A stretch of 64,000 bases of DNA from IMG/VR virus record IMGVR_UViG_3300028821_000038, positions 32,001-96,000 of that record; one strand, 5' to 3'. Below are positions 1-8,975 of the stretch, one piece after another (position 1 is the stretch's first letter; every line of letters starts with the position of its first letter). Under the pieces are notes generated by a model that was given only the letters and a program-made list of their open reading frames with translations, ran no database searches and had not been told where the DNA came from. Position numbers and translations under genes: made by a program. Source of the stretch: a virus.

Positions 1-2
1 CA

Positions 3-224
3 TTGGCTAGACCAGACAAAGAGACAATATGGAAATTGCTTGCAATCAAAGAAGTAACTATTGGAAATTTGGCAGAGGCACTAACTCTATTGATGATAGA
101 AAAAAACAAAGATTTGGAGGAGTTTATTAGTGATACAGACAAAGTGGCATGTTTTATCAGGAACAATTTTCTAATTAACTCGGGACTGTCTATTTCCACT
201 GAAAGGCTAGCCGATGCGTGTTGA
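3..224 (+). CDS. hypothetical protein (possibly 5'-truncated)
   Basis: ORF at the window edge that overlaps the next start; no motif recognised. Confidence 0.5.
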   Translation: MARPDKETIWKLLAIKEVTIGNLAEALTLLMIEKNKDLEEFISDTDKVACFIRNNFLINSGLSISTERLADAC

Positions 225-690
225 AATAGTTAGTCTTACAAGAAACAATTTTCATTCAATAGTTACAATGGTGTGGGAAATAATGCATAGGGAGCACCCG
301 GACTACAAAAGATCAGAAGCTGAAAAGATAGTGCGTGACAATGGGGATAGAGTGGTAGCACTGGAAGTAAATAGTGAGGTTGCTGCATTTTATATCTACA
401 CAGAGACCCCAATGGTGTACAATCTTAACTTTTTTGGGATCTCTCCATTGTTTAGGAAGACAAAAATGGCATATCGGTTCTACAAATATATGCTAAACCA
501 CTTGTCCAAAAAGCCGATTATAATATCGATATATTCCGACAATAAAGATATGATAAACTTAGCAAGCAAAAAATGGAATTTCATAGGCAGATTTCCTGCC
601 AGAGATAACAAAATCATAGAGTATTACTCTATAGGAGATAAAGGAGCGGGCAGTGAAACAGGGCACAGCAGGTATCATCTTGATAAATGA
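214..690 (+). CDS. GNAT-family acetyltransferase-like protein
   Basis: 158 aa; beta-strands VVALEV..VAAFYIY, then motif-A-like LNFFGISPLFRKTKMAYRF and a later SDNKDMINL segment. Confidence 0.6.
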   Translation: MRVEIVSLTRNNFHSIVTMVWEIMHREHPDYKRSEAEKIVRDNGDRVVALEVNSEVAAFYIYTETPMVYNLNFFGISPLFRKTKMAYRFYKYMLNHLSKKPIIISIYSDNKDMINLASKKWNFIGRFPARDNKIIEYYSIGDKGAGSETGHSRYHLDK

Positions 691-2404
691 GTATATGCCA
701 AATGATGTAAAATTCGATCCAAACAAACCCGTAGACTCTAAAGAGTTTAAGAAGAAGATGACAGAGTTTGCTAAGAAACACCCCCAGCTGTATGCAAAAA
801 ACATAACCCATATTGCATATATTGGGGAGAAAATGGCTTTTTATCTTGGTGCAAATGTTGGTCCAAACGACCTGAAGGTGGACGATAGAAAGGTGTCAAG
901 TTTTATAAATTCTATTGATTCGAAAATGAAGAAGGCTAAAACAGACGATCAAAAGAGGAATATTCTTCTACAGGGACTTAGCAAAGCGACAGATCTTGTG
1001 CAGAAAGTGACGCCAGACTCAAATGAAATGAAGCAACAAGTGAAATCTGGTGCCAGGGGCAAGCCTGTTCAATTTGCAAGGATGGCCATAGGGCCAATAT
1101 ATTCTGTTGATATGTCTCAAAAGCCTAAGCCTATTCTGATTAGAAATAGCTTTACAAAAGGTCTAAGCTCCAATGAATACTTCAATGTTGCGAGTCAGGG
1201 GCGCTTTGCGTCGGTTCAATCCGCAAATACAACCTCAGAGCCTGGGGCACTAGGAAAGGTGCTTGCAGCTAATGCGGATGACCAGACTGTTACTATGATT
1301 GATTGTGGAACCACGAATGGTATTTTTATGAATACTGACGACAGGCACATCATTGGTAGATATGAAGCTGGCACCAATAAGTTGATAGACGAGGATTATT
1401 TCAACTACCTGAAAAAGCACAAAAAACAAGTTAAAGTTAGAAGTCCGATTACCTGTCAAGTACCCAAAGGAGTATGTGCAAAGTGTTATGGCCTTAAATC
1501 TGATGGCCACCTCCCTGCCGTGGGCGATAATGTTGGTATTGTTGCATCTCAAACAGTGGGGCAGATTATGACCCAGATGGTGCTGTCAACCAAGCATTCA
1601 ACAATCGGAAAAAATGATGATGATTCACTTACTGGTGTCGAGGGGTTTAAAATTATCGCTAACTCACCGTTGAGTTTTACCGATGCAGCTGTAGTATCCC
1701 CCGTAGAAGGGATTGTACAGGGTATTTCCCCTGAGAAGTCAGGTGGGCATTATGTATATATTGGCACAACAAAGGTTCATGTTCCTGCTGGAAAGCGTAT
1801 TATTGTAAAAAAGGGACAAAGTGTACACAAAGGCGACAAATTATCGTCTGGTGTTGTTACTCCAAAGCAGATTTTGTATACACAGGGGACATTAGAGGCC
1901 AGAAAAAAAGAGTCCGATATGCTCCATAAGCTATTTAAGGATTCCACAGGGAAAGACCTGCAGAAGAAGCACTTTGAGGTTATAGCTCGAGGACATTTAT
2001 CTCTCGGTATGGCGGATGATGGAACAGTAGACTCAATCCACACCCTAATGTCAAACTATCCAAGGCTTTCCAGAATGGAAATGGTTGGGCCAAGAATAAA
2101 AGGGAAGTATCTTGCTGAAGATGTAGGCTCCCTATCTAAAGGGTTACAAATTGATGATCGAGTAATGAAGTTGCTTAACAAATGGATGATTCATCGTGTA
2201 AAAGTGACAGAGGAGAGACCTCCTGTTAAACCTCTCTTTAAGTCATTGGAACAAAGACCTGTGTTTGGGCGCAGTCTTTTTTCTAAGCTAAATTATCGTA
2301 ATCTAAGTAAGGCAATCAAAGATGAAGTTGCTACGGTTAAGAGACCGCAGCTTGTGGGCAATAGCTCATCGGATCGAGAAAAACATACAGCGGGGTATCT
2401 ATAA
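653..2404 (+). CDS. rpoC: phage multi-subunit RNA polymerase, beta' C-terminal half
   Basis: AAGGAG RBS before GTG; SGARG; bridge-helix-like NSFTKGLSSNEYF..GRFASVQSANTTSEPGALGKVL; DCGT; Zn site VRSPITC..GVCAKCYG; trigger-loop-like GDNVGIVASQTVGQIMTQMVLSTKH; KHFEVIAR. Confidence 0.92.
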   Translation: MKQGTAGIILINEYMPNDVKFDPNKPVDSKEFKKKMTEFAKKHPQLYAKNITHIAYIGEKMAFYLGANVGPNDLKVDDRKVSSFINSIDSKMKKAKTDDQKRNILLQGLSKATDLVQKVTPDSNEMKQQVKSGARGKPVQFARMAIGPIYSVDMSQKPKPILIRNSFTKGLSSNEYFNVASQGRFASVQSANTTSEPGALGKVLAANADDQTVTMIDCGTTNGIFMNTDDRHIIGRYEAGTNKLIDEDYFNYLKKHKKQVKVRSPITCQVPKGVCAKCYGLKSDGHLPAVGDNVGIVASQTVGQIMTQMVLSTKHSTIGKNDDDSLTGVEGFKIIANSPLSFTDAAVVSPVEGIVQGISPEKSGGHYVYIGTTKVHVPAGKRIIVKKGQSVHKGDKLSSGVVTPKQILYTQGTLEARKKESDMLHKLFKDSTGKDLQKKHFEVIARGHLSLGMADDGTVDSIHTLMSNYPRLSRMEMVGPRIKGKYLAEDVGSLSKGLQIDDRVMKLLNKWMIHRVKVTEERPPVKPLFKSLEQRPVFGRSLFSKLNYRNLSKAIKDEVATVKRPQLVGNSSSDREKHTAGYL

Positions 2405-3129
2405 TGGCTAAAATTTATTTTAACGACAAGATTATTAAGCATCTACCAGAGACTACTATACTTAACTTCTTTGTGGAGCCTGGCGAAAACGGATCTGCAA
2501 TTTATATAAGGGATACAAGGCCAGAGGTTTACAAAAAGGGTAGGAATTTTATAATTGGAGACCTTTCCTATCACAAGAAAGACAAAAACTTCTATATAGA
2601 TATAACGCCCTTGAGCGTAATGGATGGACAAATATTGGGTGTGTATGTAGGTGATGGTGTTGAGTTTAAGTCGAAATCGGATAAGGAACCGATTTTTTAT
2701 GTTGCGCAAAAAAATACAGAGTTTACTCTCGGGATGACGCCCAATATAGACAAGCCATCATCGGGCGGTATAACAATGCTTGGGATGTATCATCTTGGAA
2801 CAATTATCTCGTTTAAGCGAGATGGAATAGCCTTCAAGGACCAATTAACCCCCAAAGGGTGGAAGAGGATACAGGGACCAGATGACCGCCTTTTGGGTAT
2901 AATGACAACAGCTGAGGCTTTCGAGAAGGCCTCCAAACAGAAGCCGTCAATCTCTAGTACAAGAGACAGGAAGGCAGAGGTTTTAGCAAGAGCCAAAGAG
3001 GCCGCGGCAGATGGTGCAATCCCAAAAAATTTAGCCGCAGATCTTGAGGCATACCTTACAGCAGATGATGGAGTATTCTTCTTTCTGCATTCAGACTTTA
3101 AAAAATTAAAAGAAAAGGGTATCATATGA
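2404..3129 (+). CDS. hypothetical protein
   Basis: 241 aa ORF translationally coupled (TAATG) to the beta'-C gene. Confidence 0.75.
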   Translation: MAKIYFNDKIIKHLPETTILNFFVEPGENGSAIYIRDTRPEVYKKGRNFIIGDLSYHKKDKNFYIDITPLSVMDGQILGVYVGDGVEFKSKSDKEPIFYVAQKNTEFTLGMTPNIDKPSSGGITMLGMYHLGTIISFKRDGIAFKDQLTPKGWKRIQGPDDRLLGIMTTAEAFEKASKQKPSISSTRDRKAEVLARAKEAAADGAIPKNLAADLEAYLTADDGVFFFLHSDFKKLKEKGII

Positions 3130-5459
3130 CAGGTCTTAGAGCGCTAGACAAAACGGCTAAAGATAAGAGTGTCGAGAATAACATAAAGCAACTTGTAACA
3201 GAAGAGGCATATTCTCAAATTTCAGATAAGTTTCCACACTTAATTTCTTTTATAGTTGGTGTGGATATCCTTGAAATGATTGATGAAAAAACAGCTATTG
3301 GGGCAGCTGTTCTTATGGCTGAGGGTGGTAGAGTTCTAATTCCAATAATCTATACAAATGGCATCGTGGACGCTACTACCTTCTTGTATAATGAAGAGTT
3401 TAATACAATGCTTGCATTGACGAAAAAAACAGCTAAGTTTATTTCTAATACAGCTACCGGCATTGAAGGGGATGTTGTCACCGATAATTCTATCAAGAAT
3501 GTAGACCAAGGCAATATCAGAGGATTGTTTATACCCCCTAAAACATACAGTCCTAAGATTGCATCCTCTACAGGGGGCCTCCTGTTTGCAGTTGCCGAAC
3601 AATACCCTCTTGTAAAAATAGCCTTGGCTAAAAAGCTCTCTACTGATTATAAATATCGCACTATCTTTGAAGACACTTATGGGCATGAAGCGGTTGAGTA
3701 CATTGAAAAAACAGCCGCTTCACATGAGCAGTATCAATTATCTAAAGATGTAACCCCTCCAGATGTTGCTTTTTCAATAAAAGAGATAGCAACAAAGGAC
3801 TGGATAGAGAAAGAGGCGGCGTTTGATGAGTTTGGCAGATATGGATATGTCATTTCTCAGGGTAAATTTTATCCAACAAAATCACTAGAGAAGGTAGCTA
3901 GCAGTTTATCGAAACTCAAAAGGCTTACCGGTAGCGATACAATTGAGACTATTCCTGATAATCAAATAGGTGCGTTTATGGCTTTTGATGCAGTGTCACT
4001 ATCTCCAGTTCCTCTGATATTATATAAAAATAAGTATGGTACTCCAATTATTGCCTCCAAGCATAATATATCTGTTGCTGATAAGGATAGATTGGCTACC
4101 TTATGCGCTAGCGGTAGTTCTGATTTTGCTGGCAGCAGCGATCTTTATAATATGAGAAACAATGATAACTATATCGTGGGGAACAGGATAGGTATTTTTG
4201 ATGCGGGAGCTATACCCTTTATGGTTGCAAGAAGATATATGGAGCCAATGTTTTGTACTGGAGAGTACCATGTACTCCTATTGAAGGATGCCGAGATTGT
4301 ATTTGGAGCAAGAGTTTCTCCCGATGCAATAACCGATCTTCTTGGCAGTACCACGATTGATGTGGATGATATCAAAATAGTGATAACAAGAAATAGCAAC
4401 CAGAGCTACAAGAAGGTTGGAAATGTTATCTATATTGGTGATGCGCATGTTGCGGTAATGCGTGAGCCTATGACAATTTCCCAGAAGGGTGCTATTACTC
4501 TTCTAACAAACAATAATGCTGACACTCAAGGTACTGGGGAAATAGTTAAAGTAGCCTATGACAGTGGGGATTACTACTACAATTCTCGTCATTACACTTT
4601 GGATGGACTTGTCCAACAACTCCTTAAGGAGGGGTATGATAAGTACAGTATTTACAACTTAACCAAGACCGCCGCAGAAGAAGGCAGCACTGAGATGGTG
4701 GCGGTTAATGCAAAACTGGATATGCTTTCTCAAATGGTAATGAATTTGGCCGGCAAAGTAGAAACAGTTGCTTCGGCCATTCAGCGGTTCCAGCAGGATT
4801 CCAGTATGCAGCTAGGATTAGCTAATACAGTAGATCCTGCTCAACAGCAGGCGGTAGCTCAGCAACTTGCGGCGCAACAAGAAGCAACAGCTCAGCAGCA
4901 ACCTATAGAGCAGGGGGCGATGGCTGATATGAGCAATGTAGCGCAGCAGTCTACATTTGATAACCAAGGTGGTGGAATATATAGCCAGCAGGAAGCAGCG
5001 GCTCAGCAGCAGGGTCCAGCAGCTCAACAGCAAGCTGGATTGGGTGCGGCAGAGGCACAAATGCCTGTACCTGGAGATGTTCCTCCACAGCCCCAGGATG
5101 CCCAGCAGCAAGTGCCCGAAGGAATGAATCCCAATATTGATCCAGAGGTACTTCAGATGTTAGCACAACTTAAAGATTCAAAGGTGATGGATGTTGGTGT
5201 GCTCGCCACGTTGGGACTCGACTCTGAGATATCAGAAATAGTTTCAGGATACAGAGATGATATTCTTCATGGTGTATCGGCAATTGGTAGAATTTTATTC
5301 AATATGATGGTTAGAAAAGATGCCCTCTCTGCCCAGTATGGTGATGCCAAGTATAAAAAGATAACCAATTCCTTGAGAAATATCTTTGTGAAAACTAGCG
5401 ATCTGTATGTAGATATTACTATGATGGGGGTTGAGGCCAATGTACAAGTGGACAATTAA
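3126..5459 (+). CDS. putative virion/internal head protein with repeated K-x-A motifs and a Gln-rich region
   Basis: 777 aa; LDKTA, TKKTA, PKIAS, IEKTAA, IEKEAA, LEKVAS, IVKVA, LTKTAA; Q/A/P-rich tract at about 4790-5140. Confidence 0.55.
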   Translation: MTGLRALDKTAKDKSVENNIKQLVTEEAYSQISDKFPHLISFIVGVDILEMIDEKTAIGAAVLMAEGGRVLIPIIYTNGIVDATTFLYNEEFNTMLALTKKTAKFISNTATGIEGDVVTDNSIKNVDQGNIRGLFIPPKTYSPKIASSTGGLLFAVAEQYPLVKIALAKKLSTDYKYRTIFEDTYGHEAVEYIEKTAASHEQYQLSKDVTPPDVAFSIKEIATKDWIEKEAAFDEFGRYGYVISQGKFYPTKSLEKVASSLSKLKRLTGSDTIETIPDNQIGAFMAFDAVSLSPVPLILYKNKYGTPIIASKHNISVADKDRLATLCASGSSDFAGSSDLYNMRNNDNYIVGNRIGIFDAGAIPFMVARRYMEPMFCTGEYHVLLLKDAEIVFGARVSPDAITDLLGSTTIDVDDIKIVITRNSNQSYKKVGNVIYIGDAHVAVMREPMTISQKGAITLLTNNNADTQGTGEIVKVAYDSGDYYYNSRHYTLDGLVQQLLKEGYDKYSIYNLTKTAAEEGSTEMVAVNAKLDMLSQMVMNLAGKVETVASAIQRFQQDSSMQLGLANTVDPAQQQAVAQQLAAQQEATAQQQPIEQGAMADMSNVAQQSTFDNQGGGIYSQQEAAAQQQGPAAQQQAGLGAAEAQMPVPGDVPPQPQDAQQQVPEGMNPNIDPEVLQMLAQLKDSKVMDVGVLATLGLDSEISEIVSGYRDDILHGVSAIGRILFNMMVRKDALSAQYGDAKYKKITNSLRNIFVKTSDLYVDITMMGVEANVQVDN

Positions 5460-6174
5460 TGTCTTTGAGGGCAACGGGAAACTAAAAAAAGAGTTTGTGT
5501 CTGACAGAGATGCAAAGCAGGCACGCTCTTATATAAATGGGAAAAAGATTCATAACGCCAATGTGAGAGAGGCTGTCGATATCTATTCCCGCCCTATACA
5601 GAGAATCGTCTTGGAAAGCCTTTTGATATGTGAGGATTGCACAATCGATGAGGTCATAGAGCTTACAGGAATCTCCAAAACAACAATTCAGAAATATAAA
5701 AACATATTTTTTAGGATAGATCAAGCTTTCAACACTAGATTGGATGTACTCGATTATATAGAATCAGGGATAGCTGACAACAGTGATGATCCAATCTTGC
5801 TGGAAAACTTTTTGATGAAAAGGTGGGCTAGATCTCTCGGCAAGGAATTTGTGATATGGCGCTACAGGCTAAAGCCAGTAACATATACCCCTGCAACGCT
5901 TTATGATACGGTAATCAAAGAGGCATTTTTCTATCACAAAGAAAAATCTATGGGTAACAACGAAATATCGCTTCAAGAGTACTTGCGATCCGCAAATTCT
6001 ATACTGAGTGGAATCAAGAATGGATCGACTATTGCTGAGGTTTCCAAAGAAGATAACGGTTTGGACATACTAGAGCAATTGGATATAATTATCGAAGATA
6101 CTGAGGCTATACCGGCAGAGCTTCCAGATGCCGATATCCTTATAAACAATGCTATTGAGCAGGAGAATATCTAA
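5440..6174 (+). CDS. hypothetical protein with HTH-like segment
   Basis: TIDEVIELTGISKTTIQKY resembles an HTH; ATG at 5440 preferred over TTG at 5431. Confidence 0.55.
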   Translation: MYKWTINVFEGNGKLKKEFVSDRDAKQARSYINGKKIHNANVREAVDIYSRPIQRIVLESLLICEDCTIDEVIELTGISKTTIQKYKNIFFRIDQAFNTRLDVLDYIESGIADNSDDPILLENFLMKRWARSLGKEFVIWRYRLKPVTYTPATLYDTVIKEAFFYHKEKSMGNNEISLQEYLRSANSILSGIKNGSTIAEVSKEDNGLDILEQLDIIIEDTEAIPAELPDADILINNAIEQENI

Positions 6175-7076
6175 TGAACAAGTATACATTGATAGCGGAA
6201 GAGATTATGAGACGCAAAAAGGACGGAGAAAGCCCTAATACACTAATCAGGAAATATGCATCTGAACATGATTTAAATATCCATGAAACACAAAGAGTTG
6301 TGGAGGAATATAATGTTGGTGTGTTTCTGCAGAAACTAAAAGAGGGAACCCATCACGAAGATTATGAGCTTGCAAACCCAGTAGAGGTGGCCGAAATCCC
6401 GATTACCGCACAGTCAGGCACGAGTACTTTGGACAAGGCAGCATCATATGCCCCCAGGAAATATGCCTTACATGCTGGGATGTTTAGCTTGGATGATCCT
6501 GCTTCAGATGTAGATTCCCACCTCGAGAAGGTTGCATCTTATAATAATTTCACTCATGAGGATTCAATTGAGGAGCGACAAGAGGAGGCTGAGAAAGAAG
6601 CATATAGAGAGATGGCATCAAATGCAGCACTAGAAAAAAAGGCCATGATTAGTTCTTTCAGGGATGCTATGATTACAGATTTGGTTGATGCAAGCAAAGA
6701 GACTGAAGGGTTGACTAAAACGGCTGTTGTAATGCTGGCAAAAGAAGGACTTGCGGACGAAGCAGAAGAAGTGCTTCTGTTGTCAAAGTTTGCCTCATCG
6801 GATTTAGTGCAAGCCAAAATGGAGCCACCCACAGAAAAACAAAAAGCATTGGTTGGTCTATTAAAGGAAGCAAAAGGTAAAAAAGAGGGATATGTTCGTA
6901 GGCTTGCCAAGGATGTTGGCGAGGGACTTAAGGGGACTTATTATGTTGCCAAAACATTAGCCAAGCACCCCTTTTTGACAGCTGGTGGTGTTGGGGCTGT
7001 ATATTATGCGAAATCCAAAAGAGGACATGAGCCAGAGATGCAAAAGTTCAGAATGACAATTGGGGACTATTCATAA
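6174..7076 (+). CDS. putative virion protein with K-x-A motifs
   Basis: 300 aa; LDKAAS, LEKVAS, LEKKA, LTKTA, LSKFAS, LLKEA; C-terminal Gly-rich hydrophobic segment. Confidence 0.55.
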   Translation: MNKYTLIAEEIMRRKKDGESPNTLIRKYASEHDLNIHETQRVVEEYNVGVFLQKLKEGTHHEDYELANPVEVAEIPITAQSGTSTLDKAASYAPRKYALHAGMFSLDDPASDVDSHLEKVASYNNFTHEDSIEERQEEAEKEAYREMASNAALEKKAMISSFRDAMITDLVDASKETEGLTKTAVVMLAKEGLADEAEEVLLLSKFASSDLVQAKMEPPTEKQKALVGLLKEAKGKKEGYVRRLAKDVGEGLKGTYYVAKTLAKHPFLTAGGVGAVYYAKSKRGHEPEMQKFRMTIGDYS

Positions 7077-7096
7077 AAAATAAACAGGAGCACTAT

Positions 7097-7234
7097 ATGG
7101 ATACTAAAACAAAAATGCTACTTCATAAGTTCGCAAAAGATAGCTTTAAAGAGTATTTTCTAAAGAAATTTGCAGCGGTTGAACTTGCCAAAGAGGTTAA
7201 AAAAATAATCGCTTCCAGAAAGAGTGGAAAATAA
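7097..7234 (+). CDS. small basic protein, 45 aa (not in ORF track)
   Basis: AGGAG RBS; MDTKTKMLLHKFAKDSFKEYFLKKFAAVELAKEVKKIIASRKSGK*. Confidence 0.65.
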   Translation: MDTKTKMLLHKFAKDSFKEYFLKKFAAVELAKEVKKIIASRKSGK

Positions 7235-7235
7235 A

Positions 7236-7242
7236 GTATAAT
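7236..7242 (+). promoter_or_regulatory. sigma70-type -10 element
   Basis: GTATAAT about 32 nt upstream of the 7275 start, which has an AAGGA RBS. Confidence 0.45.
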
Positions 7243-7274
7243 ATAGCATTCCATTAATTAAAAAAGGATGCTAT

Positions 7275-8942
7275 ATGGCAATTGCAGATGATTTTTCCAT
7301 TGCTACCAATGGGGATATACGATATATAGGTGCCAATCATGGGCAAGCTGGAGCAGGATACTACACTGTTTTAGAGTTCCATAGATGGTTACAAGATTTG
7401 GCGGATGATGTAAGTGCATCTGGAGATGATCTTCTCGATATTACCGATGAGACTCCATCGGATCGCTCGACTGACAACATTATTACCCTATTCGAACCAT
7501 ACAATATAGATGACGCAACCGCAGAGCATCTCTTTGATGGTTCTATCATACAGGATGATGGTGATACTATTTATGATGGTATTGTGAACTTCGGTGTCGA
7601 AGGGATACATATCACGCTTGTTCAAAATGGACAAGTTATTGCAAATGACTTCTGGAATAGCACCCCCGATGGCGAAACTCTATCTGGACTCAATAGAGAT
7701 ACTACTGCAGGGATATCTCACCGCTTTATGCTTAAGGTAAGAGACGGTGGGGTAGATATCGATGGTCGTCGTATTCTTGGGCTTTCTCGTGAGTTTGGTA
7801 AAACTTACACCTATTTCAAAATCAACGGAACCGCACGCGGTAACAACGTTTTGGCCCTTACCAATTCTATTGACCTCAACAACCAGACAGATGAAAACAC
7901 TGTTGCTGGCTGGTCTTCCGATATTGTCAATGACAATGAAGGATATATTGGACTGGATGTCGATAATGATGGTACCGTAGAGCATTACTACAGTGAATGG
8001 AGTATAGGTGGTTCATTGGGTATCAACGACTTCTACGAATACATGAAGTACCTTGCCAGAAGCGATGCCTCTGGAACCATATATGGCGTAGATGCCAGAA
8101 TGTTCCTTGGTATTACACACGAGATTGAGATCTCTAACATATCAGGAACCTTCAATGAGCCTGAAAAAGTAACATGGACTGGTGGTAGTGGCCAGATACT
8201 TGCTACGGATAATGCGACAAAGCTGTGGATTCAGTTGCTCACAGGTGTATTTCCTGCTGCTGGTGATACTATTACTGGAGAGGATAGTGGTGCTACAGCG
8301 GATGTAGGCACAACCATTGAACGCCCCATTTCTCCAACTGTGGCTGGCGCATCTACTGGTTCTGCAATTATCGGTGCTTATGGACTTGGAATCAATCCTA
8401 CCGATCTGACGAACGCAGACAAGCTGTTCGACCTTGACAATATTCAGCATACTCCGCCCAACTATGTCACCTTCTATGTCCAGGGGCTTGTTGCTGGAGA
8501 GGACAGAGTACTCGTTGCGCCTGAATACAATGGCGATATCGAATACGACCAATTCACCCTTGCTGCAGACATCACGGCTGGAGACACCGATATACAGGTT
8601 GATTCCACAATTCCTTCCGATACTCCGGCTAGTGGAACAATCAGGGTATTTGATGGATCTGTATATCAACTTGTTTCCTATACTGGATACTCTGGTGATA
8701 CATTTACGGGTTGTTCTAATACTCCTACAGCCACCACAGGCTCTAATGTGTGGATTTCCTATATCGACAAGGTTGCAGACAATACAACCGAAAGCTTTAC
8801 AGGGGTATATACAGGAAGCGACCGCTCTCTGTTTATCAGGGTTAGAGATGGTGGAAACACACCAATCAAGACATTCGAAACTACAGGTACGCTCGGTTCT
8901 GCCGGCGGTTCCACAACTGCTATTCGCACAAGCGACGCATAA
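7275..8942 (+). CDS. virion structural protein (tail/appendage), beta-rich
   Basis: 555 aa, D/T/G-rich beta-strand composition; followed by a terminator. Confidence 0.6.
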   Translation: MAIADDFSIATNGDIRYIGANHGQAGAGYYTVLEFHRWLQDLADDVSASGDDLLDITDETPSDRSTDNIITLFEPYNIDDATAEHLFDGSIIQDDGDTIYDGIVNFGVEGIHITLVQNGQVIANDFWNSTPDGETLSGLNRDTTAGISHRFMLKVRDGGVDIDGRRILGLSREFGKTYTYFKINGTARGNNVLALTNSIDLNNQTDENTVAGWSSDIVNDNEGYIGLDVDNDGTVEHYYSEWSIGGSLGINDFYEYMKYLARSDASGTIYGVDARMFLGITHEIEISNISGTFNEPEKVTWTGGSGQILATDNATKLWIQLLTGVFPAAGDTITGEDSGATADVGTTIERPISPTVAGASTGSAIIGAYGLGINPTDLTNADKLFDLDNIQHTPPNYVTFYVQGLVAGEDRVLVAPEYNGDIEYDQFTLAADITAGDTDIQVDSTIPSDTPASGTIRVFDGSVYQLVSYTGYSGDTFTGCSNTPTATTGSNVWISYIDKVADNTTESFTGVYTGSDRSLFIRVRDGGNTPIKTFETTGTLGSAGGSTTAIRTSDA

Positions 8943-8943
8943 C

Positions 8944-8964
8944 AAAAGCCCCTTCGGGGGTTTT
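8944..8964 (+). terminator. Rho-independent terminator
   Basis: AAAAGCCCC-TTCG-GGGGTTTT hairpin with a UUCG tetraloop immediately after the stop. Confidence 0.8.
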
Positions 8965-8975
8965 CAGGAGAAAAT

